From Podarcis muralis (lineage: Eukaryota): a stretch of 64,000 bases of DNA. The stretch lies in NCBI RefSeq assembly GCF_964188315.1, contig NC_135658.1:3224001-3288000 (forward strand), given 5' to 3'. The notes beneath the pieces are model-generated. The model was given only the letters and a program-made list of their open reading frames with translations, ran no database searches and was not told the DNA's origin. Every line of letters begins with the position of its first letter. Position 1 is the first letter of the stretch. Position numbers and translations under genes: made by a program. Below are positions 1-11,699 of this stretch, piece after piece.

Positions 1-1516
1 GTTTTTCCTCTGGAGGACCTGGCCCCCCTTTACTTCCTGTCCTCTTTAACCCTTGCAAAGCAGAGTCCACCCTGCTCAGTCCTCTCTGCCTTTTCTCTCC
101 TGCATTGCACAATCCCAGAGATGCTCCTTTTGAGGGGACGCTCTTGGTTGGTCTCTGATCCGCTCCCTTCCTTGGCCAGAAACTGGAGGAAGAGGTTGCA
201 GGGAAAAGGGGTTTGCAGGAAGCAAGGAACCTCATCCTAGAATGGGAGGGAGCCCTAAGGGTCATCTATTCCAGCCCCCCTGCAAGGCAGGAATCCAACC
301 TCTGCTTAAAAACCTCCAAGGAAGGAGAGTCCGCCATCTCCCAAGGGATTCTGCTGCTCTTCCCGTTTCTTCCTGCTGTTTAGGCAGCAGAAACAGCTTT
401 CTGGTCCTCTGGGTCCCTTCTTCTGGGTGCTCCCCTCTAGGGCAGGAGAAAACAAGCTGGCTCCCTCTTCCATGGGTCAGCCCCCCAGATATTGAGAGGT
501 GGCTCCCATGTCTTCCATCCATCCTGTTACGGAGATTACAGGGTGGGGGGCACATCTTTAACGTTGTTAACTGTTACAAATATTATGCCTAAAGGTATCC
601 TTTCAACTTGATAGCTCAGGCAAATTACCTAGCTTTAAAAATAATATAAAATCAACTCCTTTGCCAGTTTCCTCCATTTCAACACTACTGTATTTTGCCC
701 TTGGAAAAACGACTCTTTTCCCTGCCACCTCCCCAAGCGTGGAGACATGTATACACACCTCCTACCCCAGGAAGTGCCCAGAGGTGACAATTGCTGAGCT
801 GATTGTTGGCCAAGGGAAGCCTCATCCCATCCCCAGACTTGCCTAGGGGTCCAGACATGCAAAGGAAGTTCTATTGTGCTTTGGGTGGTGGGACTTCACA
901 GGTCTTTGCCTAGGCTCATCTTATACCTGAGTCTTGCCCTGCCATTTCTGCTTATGCTAATCTTGTACCAAGGCCTTGTCTGGACATCTTTGCCAAGGTT
1001 AAACTAGTGCAACCCCTGTCTACCCCTCCCCTTTTGGGACATATCAGTGATGTAGCAGTGATGTAGCAATGAAGCTGTACGAACTGTATTCTGGGATATG
1101 GTGGGAAAGTTTTAAAAGTCCTTGTCACCCCATCCTTGGGGTTCAAAATTCCTCTTCGAACCTGTTGCGCAATAAACTTTGGTCTACAGCTATTTGCTCC
1201 GGTTGGTGGCTGGATTCCTTCCTTTATTCCGCAGGGACCCATGGTCTCTGCCCGACCAGCTGGGGGACTGAGCAGCCTCGCACCCAGATTTTTTCTATAA
1301 CAAGCCAGATCTCAGCTGAGGGAGGAATAAGAAGACATGCTGTTCCTGCCTCTCCTGGGAATGGAGGCCCCACATCCCCCCCAATAAATATTCCTGCGGG
1401 TTTTTAGCTGCCTTTCAGTTCCTTACACCTCTTAGTCCAGGACAACTTGGCCACAATAAGGAAATTTTGCCTATGGTACGACTATTTTCCACTCACCCAT
1501 TTCCACTTATGGTGAC

Positions 1517-1814
1517 TGTTATGTACTGAGTTGAACAGGATCCAAAATGCAGCAGTCTGATTGGTCCTAGAACAATAGAATTCAGAATGCAGCAGTCTGA
1601 TTGGTCCACAGGAGCCACCCAATCCATCTCCAGGTGGAAGTGAATCCACAACCTGATTGGCCTACAGGAGAATCCCGGAATTAGCCAATCACGTGGGGCC
1701 CATTGTGTAAATAATGTATATAAAACAGACATTCTGGGGGAACTTCCATTCCTCCTCACCACTATGAGCTGAATAAAGAGCATGAAATCCACTCTCGACT
1801 CCAAGTATATTTCA
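1517..1814 (+). mobile_element. Solo LTR (298 bp, CCAAT-rich family)
   Basis: Starts TGTT and ends TTCA. 5-bp TSD GTGAC at 1512-1516 and 1815-1819. Repeated CTGATTGG/GCCAATC boxes, TATATAAAA at 1717-1725, AATAAA at 1772-1777. Confidence 0.9.
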
Positions 1815-2605
1815 GTGACCAAGTGTCCAGCTTGGCAGTGGACAGTCCTCTGTTTGAAGGGCTATCCCAGGCATGGCCAATCTAATGATAAAGAACCACC
1901 GGGAAGGAGAACATCAGGGACCTTGAAGATGCCCATCCACAGCTGCACTGGGACAGTAGACCGAGCAGAGAAGCACACTGGTCACCTAGTCTCTCCCACT
2001 ATGGGGAGAAAATGTACAGTATTTCTACTTAAGTTACCATTCTCATTTCCAAATTTGCACCTTGCTCTTTACCTTTTACCTTTTTGCATCCTAAGTGCTG
2101 CAAGCATCTAGAAACCATTTTTGTTAGAAAGCAAGGGGAGAAAGAACCAGGGGTCTCCTTGGACCACATCATAAAAAGTGAGCAAATATGAGTTTGAAGA
2201 ATCTCTGCTTGTACAGATTCTAGGCATGCAGTCTAATTTGCCTGTCCCCATTGCAATCCAAGCACAGCCCTTCATATGTCGAATGAGGAGGTTCACTCCA
2301 AATTGTGGAACTACTCAAAGTCCAATCCCATCCCTAATTTGTTGCGATGTGTGTGCCTTCAAAACTTTTAGAGGTAGACCCCCCCCCCCGAGTTGGACGG
2401 TTCAATCTTCCCTCAATTTCTCATGGCATAGATGGCTTCCATTCAAGCCAGCTCCCCCGCCCGCCCACCTTCACTCCACCCTCTTTTGTTCTTCCTCCCA
2501 CCCCCCACAAAACTAGCCAAACATTTGTAATAAGGTCTAAAACTTGAGGCTCCCCAAGATCCTCCTGCTCCTCTCCTGCTCTTCCTGCAGTTCCCCCTTG
2601 GGAGT

Positions 2606-3565
2606 CTAGGAGGCACTCTTCCTCAGCCCCAGTGCACTCAGCACCCGCTCACGGATCTCCTTGGTCTTGGCACCATAAACAATGGGGTTGAGCATGGCTG
2701 GAACCATGAGATAGATGTTTGCCAGGAAGATGTGGACGTGGTGAGGGATGTTGTGTCCAAAGCGGTGGGTGAGGAAAGAAAAGAGGCCCGGTGTGTAGAG
2801 GATGATGATGACCCCAACGTGGGCCCCACAGGTACCCAGGGCCTTGTGCCTGGCCTCCAGTGAGGGCAGCTGGAAAACAGCATGTAGGATCAGTCCATAG
2901 GAGACGAAGATAAAGCCAAGGTCAGCACCGACAATGACAAGGGATAGTATCAACCCATAGAGGTTGTTGGGTGTGGTGTCCCCACATGCGAGCTTCACTA
3001 CTGCCATATGTTCACAGTAGGAATGGGATATAAGGTGGGAGTGGCAGAACGGCAGTCTCTTCACCAGGAAAGGAAAGGGCAAGACAATGATGAAGGCCCG
3101 GACCCCGATAGCAGCACCAAACTTTGCCACAGTGTTTGTCGTCAGTAATGTTGTGTAGCTGAGTGGGGAGCAGATGGCCACGTAGCGGTCATAAGCCATG
3201 GCAGTGAGGGTCCCAGACTCCACCGCACAGAGGGCATGGATCATGAACATCTGCACCAGGCAGCCAGCAAAGGTGATCTCTTGGGTGCCAGCCCAGAAGA
3301 TGCCCAGCATCTTGGGAACGATGCAGGTGGGCATGGCTATATCTGTCAAAGCCAGCATGGAGAGGAAGAGGTACATGGGCTTGTGGAGGCTGGAATCAGT
3401 CTTGATGATCCAGAGCAGGGTGGCATTGCCAAAGACAGCCATGGCATAGATGAAGCAGAAGGGGATGGAGATCCAAACCTGTATGTTCTCCAGACCTGGG
3501 AGACCCAGGAGAAAGAAGGAGGAGGAGGAAGGGCCATGGCTGCTAATGTTGCCAGTGTCTGGCAT
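2606..3565 (-). CDS. Class I olfactory receptor, family 52 (OR52B/D-like), 319 aa
   Basis: Intact single-exon ORF with OR motifs LHKPMYLFLSML, MAYDRYVAICSPLSY, HSYCEHMAVVKLAC, KALGTCGAH, PAMLNPIVYG. N-terminal NIS sequon. Confidence 0.96.
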   Translation of the reverse strand: MPDTGNISSHGPSSSSFFLLGLPGLENIQVWISIPFCFIYAMAVFGNATLLWIIKTDSSLHKPMYLFLSMLALTDIAMPTCIVPKMLGIFWAGTQEITFAGCLVQMFMIHALCAVESGTLTAMAYDRYVAICSPLSYTTLLTTNTVAKFGAAIGVRAFIIVLPFPFLVKRLPFCHSHLISHSYCEHMAVVKLACGDTTPNNLYGLILSLVIVGADLGFIFVSYGLILHAVFQLPSLEARHKALGTCGAHVGVIIILYTPGLFSFLTHRFGHNIPHHVHIFLANIYLMVPAMLNPIVYGAKTKEIRERVLSALGLRKSAS

Positions 3566-4293
3566 GACAGATACTAGTGAATTGCATATACAGTATGCAG
3601 AGAGAGTAGAGCCACTTCCTTTGATTAAAGCTCCCCCATTGCAGTGAGATTGTTCATGTTAAATTGAGCAAAGACCTGACCCTGCGGCTTATCTGTCTGA
3701 ATTTCTCCCTTTGTGACACAGGTGCTCCTAACTTTACATGGATGTGTTTAGACTGCTCCTTGCAAAATCGTAAAAGGTGGCTTCCTCTAGATTTTCCTGT
3801 AGTTGCATATACTGGCTTCCAGAGACATTGCCCAGTGGGAGACTGCTGACCTCAGGGTATTTCTTGCTGCTACGAATGGTCTCTGTTCTTCAAAGGTTGG
3901 TCCTCTTTATATGCTCCACCAAAAAGCGAGCAGATAGAAAATGAATTTGATGCTTCTCAATGAGGAGGCTTGAGAGAGAGGTGGGCTTTTGCTGCTTGGT
4001 TTAAATTGTGGAATCAGACAATTCAGGGGTGCTCTATAGATTCTCCTAGGATCCCCCCATCAATTACTCATCAAGAAGCCCCCTTTTTGGAAAAGTTGCT
4101 TTTGTTTACCCCCATTCTTCAGCTCTTCTGAGCTGGTCTTTGAGGGTGATAATTTTTTAGAAATATATTTTTGACTTAATTTATATCTTTGAAAGGAAAA
4201 AATGAAGTTCAAGAAGAGAACAACTAGTGCCAGAACAACATCCTCAGGAGTCCAATTCTGGAGTAAAGCACCTGCACGGAAAGAAAGGAGAGC

Positions 4294-4294
<1 letters not shown>

Positions 4295-4334
<40 letters not shown>

Positions 4335-4447
4335 TTATTATTATTTATACCCCGCCCATCTGGCTGGGATTTCCCAGCCATTCTGGGTGGCTTCCAACAG
4401 AACACTAAAATACAATAACCTATTAAACATTAAAAGCTTCCCTAAAC
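4295..4447 (-). mobile_element. L2 LINE 3' tail with (AAT)n microsatellite
   Basis: Same terminal sequence (ccgcccatctggctggg...acattaaaagcttccctaaaca) as the L2 ends at 6.4 kb and 10.3 kb. Confidence 0.8.
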
Positions 4448-4904
4448 ATGAGGATGGATCCAGGCCATGTCACAACTGCAGATAAATGCAGGGTTAGGGT
4501 CAGGGAGCATAAGTGCTTTCAGAAGACATTGACACATGGAGTGGCTCTCTTCTGGGTTCCAGTCAACTGTTCCAGCACAAGGCACCCATCTCCCTCCCTC
4601 ATGTGCACCCAGCATTAAAAACACAAGAAGAGCCCTGTAGCTTGATCAGGCAGAAAGAGCCCTGTAGCTTGATCAGGTCCAGTATCCTGCTTTGCCAGAT
4701 GTCCCAATGGGAAGCCTAAAAGCAGAACAGCTACAAGCAGCTATCCTATACTGAGTGCGATCTTTGCTCCATCCAGCTCACAATTGACTTCACTGACTAA
4801 TGTTATCAACTAGCCTATGTTCAAAACCTTCAGCCCAGCCATGACCCACCAATGGCCACTCTGTGCAGACCATTCTACCATCCTCCAGCGAAGAAAGTGC
4901 CGCT

Positions 4905-5172
4905 GGAGAGCCAGTGTGGTGTAGTGGTTAAGAGCGGGAGACTCGTAATCTGGTGAACCGGGTTCGCTTCCCTGCTCCTCCACCTGCAGCTGCTGGGTGA
5001 CCTTGGACTAGTCACACTTCTCTGAAGTCTCTCGGCCCCACTCACCTGACAGAGTGTTTGTTGTAGGGGAGGAAGGGAAAGGAGAATGTGAGCCGCTTTA
5101 AGACTCCTTAGGTTAGTGATAATGCGGGATATCAATCCAAACACTTCTCCTCCTCCTCCTCCTCTTCTTCTG
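4905..5172 (+). mobile_element. tRNA-derived SINE (Squam3-type), full length
   Basis: A-box head GGAGAGCCAGTGTGGTGTAGTGG, B-box GGGTTCG, (TCC/TTC)n tail. Near-identical copies at 12.8, 31.4, 36.0 and 44.1 kb. Confidence 0.85.
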
Positions 5173-5179
5173 CTTCCAT

Positions 5180-5870
5180 GGTTTTGTTAGCAACACACTT
5201 TTGTTCCCTTTTTAACTGTAGAGCATATACCAGCCTTTTTTTGCAACACATGCAGTAGGTGATTAATCAGAAATGGTACACGGACACACACCTGTTACTT
5301 TACATCAGTTTTTAATGTCTGTATCAGCTGGCGAGGTGCATGGAGCTCTCCAGGGTCCTTGAAGTCCTTGCTCCAGAAACAGCTTGGATCCATAGCTCAT
5401 GTGTGCCCAGCACAGGCACATCTGCAAGGTGGGCGGATTCAGTGCCTTCATTTTATAGGCTTTGGAACGGCTAGGTTGAGACAATGGCAGGGGATTTTTA
5501 GTGACTTCAGAGTCCCTCAGGTGCTGCATCCGTGGGAGATGGAGCACAGGTGAGAAATCCCTTGGTGATTCTGGATGGGTAAGGTGCAAGGGGTTCTATG
5601 AAGCCCACTTGGCTACTGCCTAGAGATGGTTGCTAGGGAGCAGGCCAGGCCAGCTTGACGCAGCTGGGATGGAATGTGTTCTGTCCAGGGAGATTCTTGC
5701 TGAAAATCACCAAGGCTGCATACACACACACACACAGACACACAGACACAGACACAATAAAAAAAGAGAATCTTGTGAGCTGTAGTTTGATAAAAGTGCT
5801 GGGAAGGGTAGCTCACTTGGGGGCAGGTGCTTTGAAGGTGCTTTTGATGTATGCTACATTCAGAACTCTA
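5180..5870 (-). promoter_or_regulatory. Conserved upstream block 1 (putative OR52 promoter/non-coding exon region)
   Basis: Co-linear similarity to 10585-11225. Contains TGATTAATCA (homeodomain-like) and TCCCTCAGG/TCCCTTGGTGA (O/E-like). Lies 1.6-2.3 kb 5' of the OR ATG. Confidence 0.5.
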
Positions 5871-6077
5871 GTTTTGGAGCAGTTAAATGCTCCTCCATCA
5901 AGGAGTCAGTGATGGCCACCAGCTTGGGAGACTTCAAATGGTGATTAGACAAATTCATGGAGGAGAGAGATACTGGGGGCTTCTTGACAGTTTTATTTCC
6001 TTCAGCTTGAAATTGAAGGTGTTTGGGACACACAGACTTTAGTGGGGAGTGTTAAGTTGTGGGCGAACATGTCAGAC

Positions 6078-6157
6078 GAACGTCACTTTTCGATCCTTCA
6101 TTTGCATACAAAACTATCCAATCACTGAACGTCACTTTTCGATCCTTCATTTGCATA
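6078..6157. repeat. 31-bp perfect direct repeat, each copy with an octamer ATTTGCAT
   Basis: GAACGTCACTTTTCGATCCTTCATTTGCATA at 6078-6108 and 6127-6157. Confidence 0.9.
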
Positions 6158-6388
6158 ACTATCTACAGTATTCCCCTGCTGGCCCAGGGTGAGAACTTCA
6201 GTACATAACAGGGAGGACATACAGTATATATTTGCAGTGCTCTTTTTCTGAGAAAGAATGTTTAAGGGTACTCTCATTTTCCCACTCATATTGAAATATT
6301 GCCCCTCAATGAGGCCAAACTTAGATTCACAAAATGTTTATGGGTATGTGTACCCCTGCAGCCCCAGAAAAAGCACAGTATATTTGTA

Positions 6389-7135
6389 TAATAATAATAC
6401 TAATAATACTAATACTACTAATAATAATTTATTATTTATACGCCGCCCATCTGGCTGGGTTTCCTCAGCCACTCTGGGTGGCTTCCAACAAAATATTAAA
6501 ATACAATAGTCTGTTATACATTAAAAGCTTCCCTAAACAGGGCTGCCTTCAGATGTCTTCTAAAAGTCTGGTAGTTGTTTTCCTCTTTGACATTTGGTGG
6601 GAGGGCGTTCCACAGGGAGGGCGCCACTACTGAGAAGGCCCTCTGCCTGGTTCCCTGTAACTTGGCTTCTCGCAGCGAGGGAACCGCCAGAAGGCAATGG
6701 TCGATTGTATCAAAAGCCACTGAGAGATCCAGCAGAACTAGGAAACAGTTCTCACCTTTGTCCCTAGCCTGCTGGAGATCATCGACCAGCATGACCAAGG
6801 CAGTTTCAGTCCCATGGTGAGGCCTGAATCCTGACTGGAAGGGATCCAAATGGTCTGCTTCTTCCAGGCGTTCCTGGAGTTGTTCAGCAACCACTCGCTT
6901 AATCACCTTGCCCAAGAATGGAAGATTTGAGACTGGGCGATAGTTGGCCATATTAGCTGCATCTAAAGATGGTTTTTTAAGAAGCGGTTTGATGGCAGGG
7001 ACCCTGTGAGGAGCCTCGCTGCAGCATTCAGTGCCTGCTGGAGTTTCTGGGACAGTTTCAAGGGCAGCCCCGCGTAGAATGAATTACAGTAGCCAAGCCT
7101 GGAGGTGACCGTCGCATGGATCACTGTGGCCAGAT
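6389..7135 (-). mobile_element. Rearranged, internally deleted L2 LINE remnant
   Basis: ORF 6514-6951 has RT N-terminal motifs (NYRPVSNLPFLGK, QSGFRPHHGTETAL, LLDLSVAFDTIDH) joined directly to the C-terminus (RAFSVVAPSLWNALP), plus an (AAT)n tail. 7010-7135 is a further C-terminal piece. Confidence 0.88.
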
Positions 7136-7421
7136 TGGGGTGGGAAAAGTTGAGTGGATGTTACACACAAGCCAGAACCAATTCTCTATCTCCCTCTTTC
7201 CCTCCTACTCTTCTGTAAACCATCTCTCAACTACCCCAAAACTCCCTAAGAAATGGCTCCATTTATTTTCCCTCCCCTCACATGGACACTCTCTCCTTCT
7301 GTGATTTCCACCAAGTGGGATTTGTCTAATCCTCCTTTAAAGCCGTTGAGCATCCAACCAAGTTTGTAACAGAACCACCCATGGGTATGATAATCGTTGG
7401 CTTCCCATGCCGGATTGCCCT

Positions 7422-8369
7422 TCAAAAGCTTTTCCGGTGGAAGAGGAGGAGAGCTCTGTCCCGTATCTGTTTGGTCTTCACCCCATAGATGATGGGGTTC
7501 ATCATGGGTGGGAAGAGGAGGTAGAAGTTGGCCAGCAGGATATGTATGTAGGGAGCAACATGGTGACCGAATCTATGGATGACTGAGGAGAGGACCACAG
7601 GCATGTAGAAAACCAATATGGCACACAGGTGAGAGATGCAAGTGCTGAAGGCTTTGAGCTGCTCTTCCTTTGAAGCCAGACTGAGGACAGTTTGTAGGAT
7701 CTTGGTGTAAGAAAGACCAATAAAGGTCAAATCAAGTACTACAACAAAGAGAGCAACTATGATCCCGTAGATGTTATTGAACCGAGTGTGGGCACATGCC
7801 AATCTCACCAGCGCCATGTGTTCACAGTAGCAGTGGGCGATGACGTGGGAGCGGCAATAGGGCAATCTCCTAAGCAGGAAGGGCAATGGGAGCATCAGGA
7901 CCGCAGCCCGCACCAAAGCCACCAGCCCAATTTTGGCTACCAAGGAATTGGTGAGGATGGTGGTGTACCTCAGAGGGTGGCAGATGGCCACGTAGCGATC
8001 AAAGGCCATGGCCAAGAGCACAGCAGACTCCATGATGGAAAAGGTGTGGAGGAGAAACATCTGGACAAGGCAGGCGGTCAGACTTATTTCCCTGGCCCTG
8101 AACCAGAAGATGCTCAGTGTTTTGGGCATGGTAGTGAGGGACAAGGTCAGGTCAATGGAGGCCAGCATGGAGAGGAAGAAGAACATGGGTTTGTGGAGGC
8201 TCTCATCAGTCTTGATCACGTACAGCAGGGTGCTGTTGCCCAGCAGGGAGGTGGCGAAGACAGAGCAGAAAAGTATGGAGATCCAACCGTGGGAGCTTTC
8301 CAGTCCAGGAATACCAGACAGGAAGAACATTGAGGGGTCAGAGAAGGTGTGGTTGGGAGCCGTGTTCAT
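7422..8369 (-). CDS. Class I olfactory receptor, family 52 (OR52K-like), 315 aa
   Basis: Intact ORF with LHKPMFFFLSML, MAFDRYVAICHPLRY, HCYCEHMALVRLAC, KAFSTC and LLANFYLLFPPMMNPIIYGVKTKQIR. The last motif closely resembles mammalian OR52K as recalled. Confidence 0.96.
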   Translation of the reverse strand: MNTAPNHTFSDPSMFFLSGIPGLESSHGWISILFCSVFATSLLGNSTLLYVIKTDESLHKPMFFFLSMLASIDLTLSLTTMPKTLSIFWFRAREISLTACLVQMFLLHTFSIMESAVLLAMAFDRYVAICHPLRYTTILTNSLVAKIGLVALVRAAVLMLPLPFLLRRLPYCRSHVIAHCYCEHMALVRLACAHTRFNNIYGIIVALFVVVLDLTFIGLSYTKILQTVLSLASKEEQLKAFSTCISHLCAILVFYMPVVLSSVIHRFGHHVAPYIHILLANFYLLFPPMMNPIIYGVKTKQIRDRALLLFHRKSF

Positions 8370-9039
8370 GTCGATATCTGCATCAAATAGTCTTTCCCTT
8401 CACAGGCAAGGCATACCAGATGGGACCATAAGCTCTTTTTGAGCTATAACTCTGTGATGCTACAACTGGGGAGTTCCTTATGACATCAGAGACACAAATT
8501 CTGTTGGCAAAAAAGGGGAGAAGATAAGAACACTAGCCACTGCTTTGATAGATCAGGCAAGGGTCCAACTAGTCAAGCACTCTGCATCCCCCCCTCCTCC
8601 CTCTGTTTGATGCTTCCATCTGGAATTCAGAGACATATTACCTCAATCGGTTCCTTTCATCCATGATGACCAACAAACAGACTCATCCTTCTTGCATTTG
8701 TCCATATGAGTACAGGAAGTTGCCTCAGTATGCTGACTGACAGGCTATGGAACCACCTGGTTCAGTATTGGCTACAGGGGTTTTCCCCAGCCTTACCTGT
8801 ATCTGCCACTGGAGACCGAACCCTGGACCTTCCCCAGGCAAAGGAAGTGTTACAGCATGATGCTGTGGCCATTCGCCTTCGCAGTGGGCTACAAAAATGG
8901 CTATAAACTAGCAACTCCCCTCAATGTAAGGGGGAGTAAAAGGAAGGTAATTGATAAGAGGTGACGCCGTCACACACTGTTGTTCAGCCCTGTGACAAAG
9001 CCTGTTGGGTAGAATGGCTCTTGCCATCAGAAAGTTCTT

Positions 9040-9715
9040 CCTAATCCTTCGTCAGAATCTCATTCCTTGTCATCTGAACCCGCTGGTTCAGGCCCTAATC
9101 TCTGGAGCAGGAGAAACCCAGCTTGTTCCATCGTCCACATGACAGCCTTTCAAATATTGGGAGATGATTATCCTCAAATCTCCTCCCTTCCAGGCTGAAC
9201 ATAGCTGACTCCCTCAACCATTCCGCATAAGGCTTGGTTTCCAGACCCAAGAATACCTGGGTCACCCTCCTCTGCACATAGTCCTTCTCTATGACCACTA
9301 TTATCACCACCAACCTGCCCCATAAACTCACCTCTTTCCACATAGTACAGTACTGCTCCAAAGTGGAAAATGTTCCATTGAAAACTGTAGTTTCATAGAA
9401 TCATAGAATTGTAGAGTTTGAAGGGACCCCAAGCACCATCTACTCCAACCACTGCAATGCAGGAATCACACACATTTGAAACTAGAACTCAAGCCAATGG
9501 CTCAAGGACAGTAGGACTTGAACCAATGGCTTCACGTTACAGGAAAGGAGATTCCGACTAAAAAGCAGAAAGAACTTTCTGACAGTAAGAGCTGTTAGAC
9601 AGTGGATGGATGGCCATCTGTCATGGAAGCGTTAGTTGAGATTCCTGCATGGCAGGAGGTTGGACTAGCTGACCCCTGGGATCCCTTCCAACTCTACACT
9701 TCCATGATTCTATGA
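9040..9715. mobile_element. CR1 LINE 3' fragments in both orientations
   Basis: (ATAGAATC)n / (ATTCTATG) tails and the CR1 C-terminal coding remnant MFSLEGRR. Boundaries approximate. Confidence 0.75.
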
Positions 9716-9929
9716 CAGCTTTGCTCCATGAACTGTCAGTCTCAGATCATGCACAGACCACCTTAGTTTCCCACCCCTCCCCCCAGCTGTTCTCCAGATT
9801 TTCTTTTGCTTCCTAGGCTGGGAAACCAGTATCTCCCACGAAGCCCAGAAGCAAGGCATGAAGGCAATAGATTTTCCCTCTTCACTGTCCCTAGGATTCC
9901 ATAGGAGTGGTCGCCAAGACCACACATAA

Positions 9930-10334
9930 CACTGGTCCTGAAAGACCTTCATTGGCTCCCAGTACGTTTCCGAACACAATTCAAAGTGTTGGTGCTGACC
10001 TTTAAAGTCCTAAACGGCCTCGGCCCAGTAGACCTGAAGGAGCGTCTCCACCCCTATCGTTCAGCCCAGACATTGAGATCGAGCACCAAGGCCTTCTGGG
10101 GGTTCCCTCCCTGTGAGAAGGAAGGTTACAGGGAACCAGGCAGAGGGCCTTCTTATTTGTGGCACCCGCCCTGTGGAACGCCCTCCCGTCAGATGTCAAA
10201 GAAATTGACAACTATCTGACTTTTAGAAGACATCTGAAGGCAGCCCTGTTTAGGGAAGCTTTAAATATCTGATGAATTATTGTATTTTAATATTTTGCTG
10301 GAAGCCATCCGGAGTGGCTGGGGAAACCCAGCCA
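9930..10334 (+). mobile_element. L2 LINE 3' fragment running into the assembly gap
   Basis: Encodes LVLTFKVLNGLGP and RRHLKAALFREA, followed by the L2 3' UTR. Confidence 0.85.
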
Positions 10335-10495
10335 NNNNNNNNNNNNNNNNNNNNNNNNNNNNNNNNNNNNNNNNNNNNNNNNNNNNNNNNNNNNNNNNNN
10401 NNNNNNNNNNNNNNNNNNNNNNNNNNNNNNNNNNNNNNNNNNNNNNNNNNNNNNNNNNNNNNNNNNNNNNNNNNNNNNNNNNNNNNNNNNNNNNN
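10335..10495. other. Assembly gap (161 N)
   Basis: Run of N located where the L2 (AAT)n tail is expected. Confidence 0.99.
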
Positions 10496-10584
10496 TACAG
10501 GTCCCCATATTAGCTATCCTCTTGTCCACTTATTTGTGCTTTGAAGCCCCTCCACCCAGCCCTTTATAATAATGGACCTTTCCA

Positions 10585-11225
10585 TTATTTTGCTAGCAAC
10601 ACCCTTGTATTCCCTCTTCAGTTGCAGAGCAGATACCAGACTTTTTGCAACCCACCCTGTGAGTAATTAATCAGAAACGCTTCACCGACACAGACCTGCC
10701 ACGGTAGATCAGCTTTTAACATCTTTTCTGCTGGTGAGGAGCTTGGAGTCCTCCAAAGCTGTTGCAGTCCTGGGTCTAGAAATGGCTTGGATTCAGGGCT
10801 CAAATGTGCACAGGAACATCTGCGAGGTGGGCAGATTCAGTGCCTTCATTTTATAGACTTTTGAATGGCTAGGTCGAGATAATGGCCAGGGACCTCAGAG
10901 TCCCTCAGGTGCTGCATCAGTGGGAGATGGAGCACAGGTGAGACATCCCTTGGTGATTCTGGGTGGGTAAGGTGCAAGGGGTTCTATGAAGCTCACTTGG
11001 CTACTGCCTAGAAACCTCTGCCTGGGAGCACCCCAGACAAGCCCTACCTGAGTGAGGTGGAATGTCTTGTTCTGTCAATGGAGAATCTAGCAGTCCGTCA
11101 CACAAAACATTTTAAACACACACATTCTGATAAAAAGAGTGCTGGGAGCTGTCGTTTGTTAAAGGTGTTGGGAATGGCAGCCCATTTTGGGGGGCAGCTG
11201 CTTTTAATGTGCTTTTAATGTAAAT
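10585..11225 (-). promoter_or_regulatory. Conserved upstream block 2 (paralogue of 5180-5870)
   Basis: Shares long near-identical stretches such as gattcagtgccttcattttata and ggtaaggtgcaaggggttctatgaagc. Contains TAATTAATCA. Lies 2.2-2.9 kb 5' of the second OR. Confidence 0.5.
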
Positions 11226-11699
11226 CACTATTAGAAGCAGTATTCTTGTTATTATTATTTTTATGCTGGTAAAGGGGCAGACGGAGCTCAATGGAGGATT
11301 TGTTGAGAAGCCGCAGTCATGAAGCATCTCAAAGGAATCGGCCACAGAGGGCTCTGTGCCAATGGCGACGAGAAGTGACTTCTGCTCAGATAGTCAACTT
11401 CAGCCACCACCAAGAGGGCATCTTTGAGGAACAATTGTGGGGAAACTGCTGCCGGCAAGGCTCAGAAGAACACCACTTTGGACCCCTTGTTTGCAAGAGG
11501 AATTGCAAAGTTGTAAAGTTGGGAGGGGGGCCCAAAGTGTCACCTGGTCCAATCCTTTGGAATGCAGGTATCAGAGCTAATGATTCCCTGAGAGGAGAGA
11601 GCAGAGTTGGGATCTGGCGGCTGACATATCACCTCTCTCCATGTGCTGTAATCACAGGCCATGCTGCTTTACTGCAGTGCAGCTCATTAATCCAAAATA

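Noticed and set aside
7788-8333. Long antisense ORFs over OR genes (also 24743-25303, 48857-49324)
   Set aside because: Shadow frames produced by OR codon usage, with no independent motifs.
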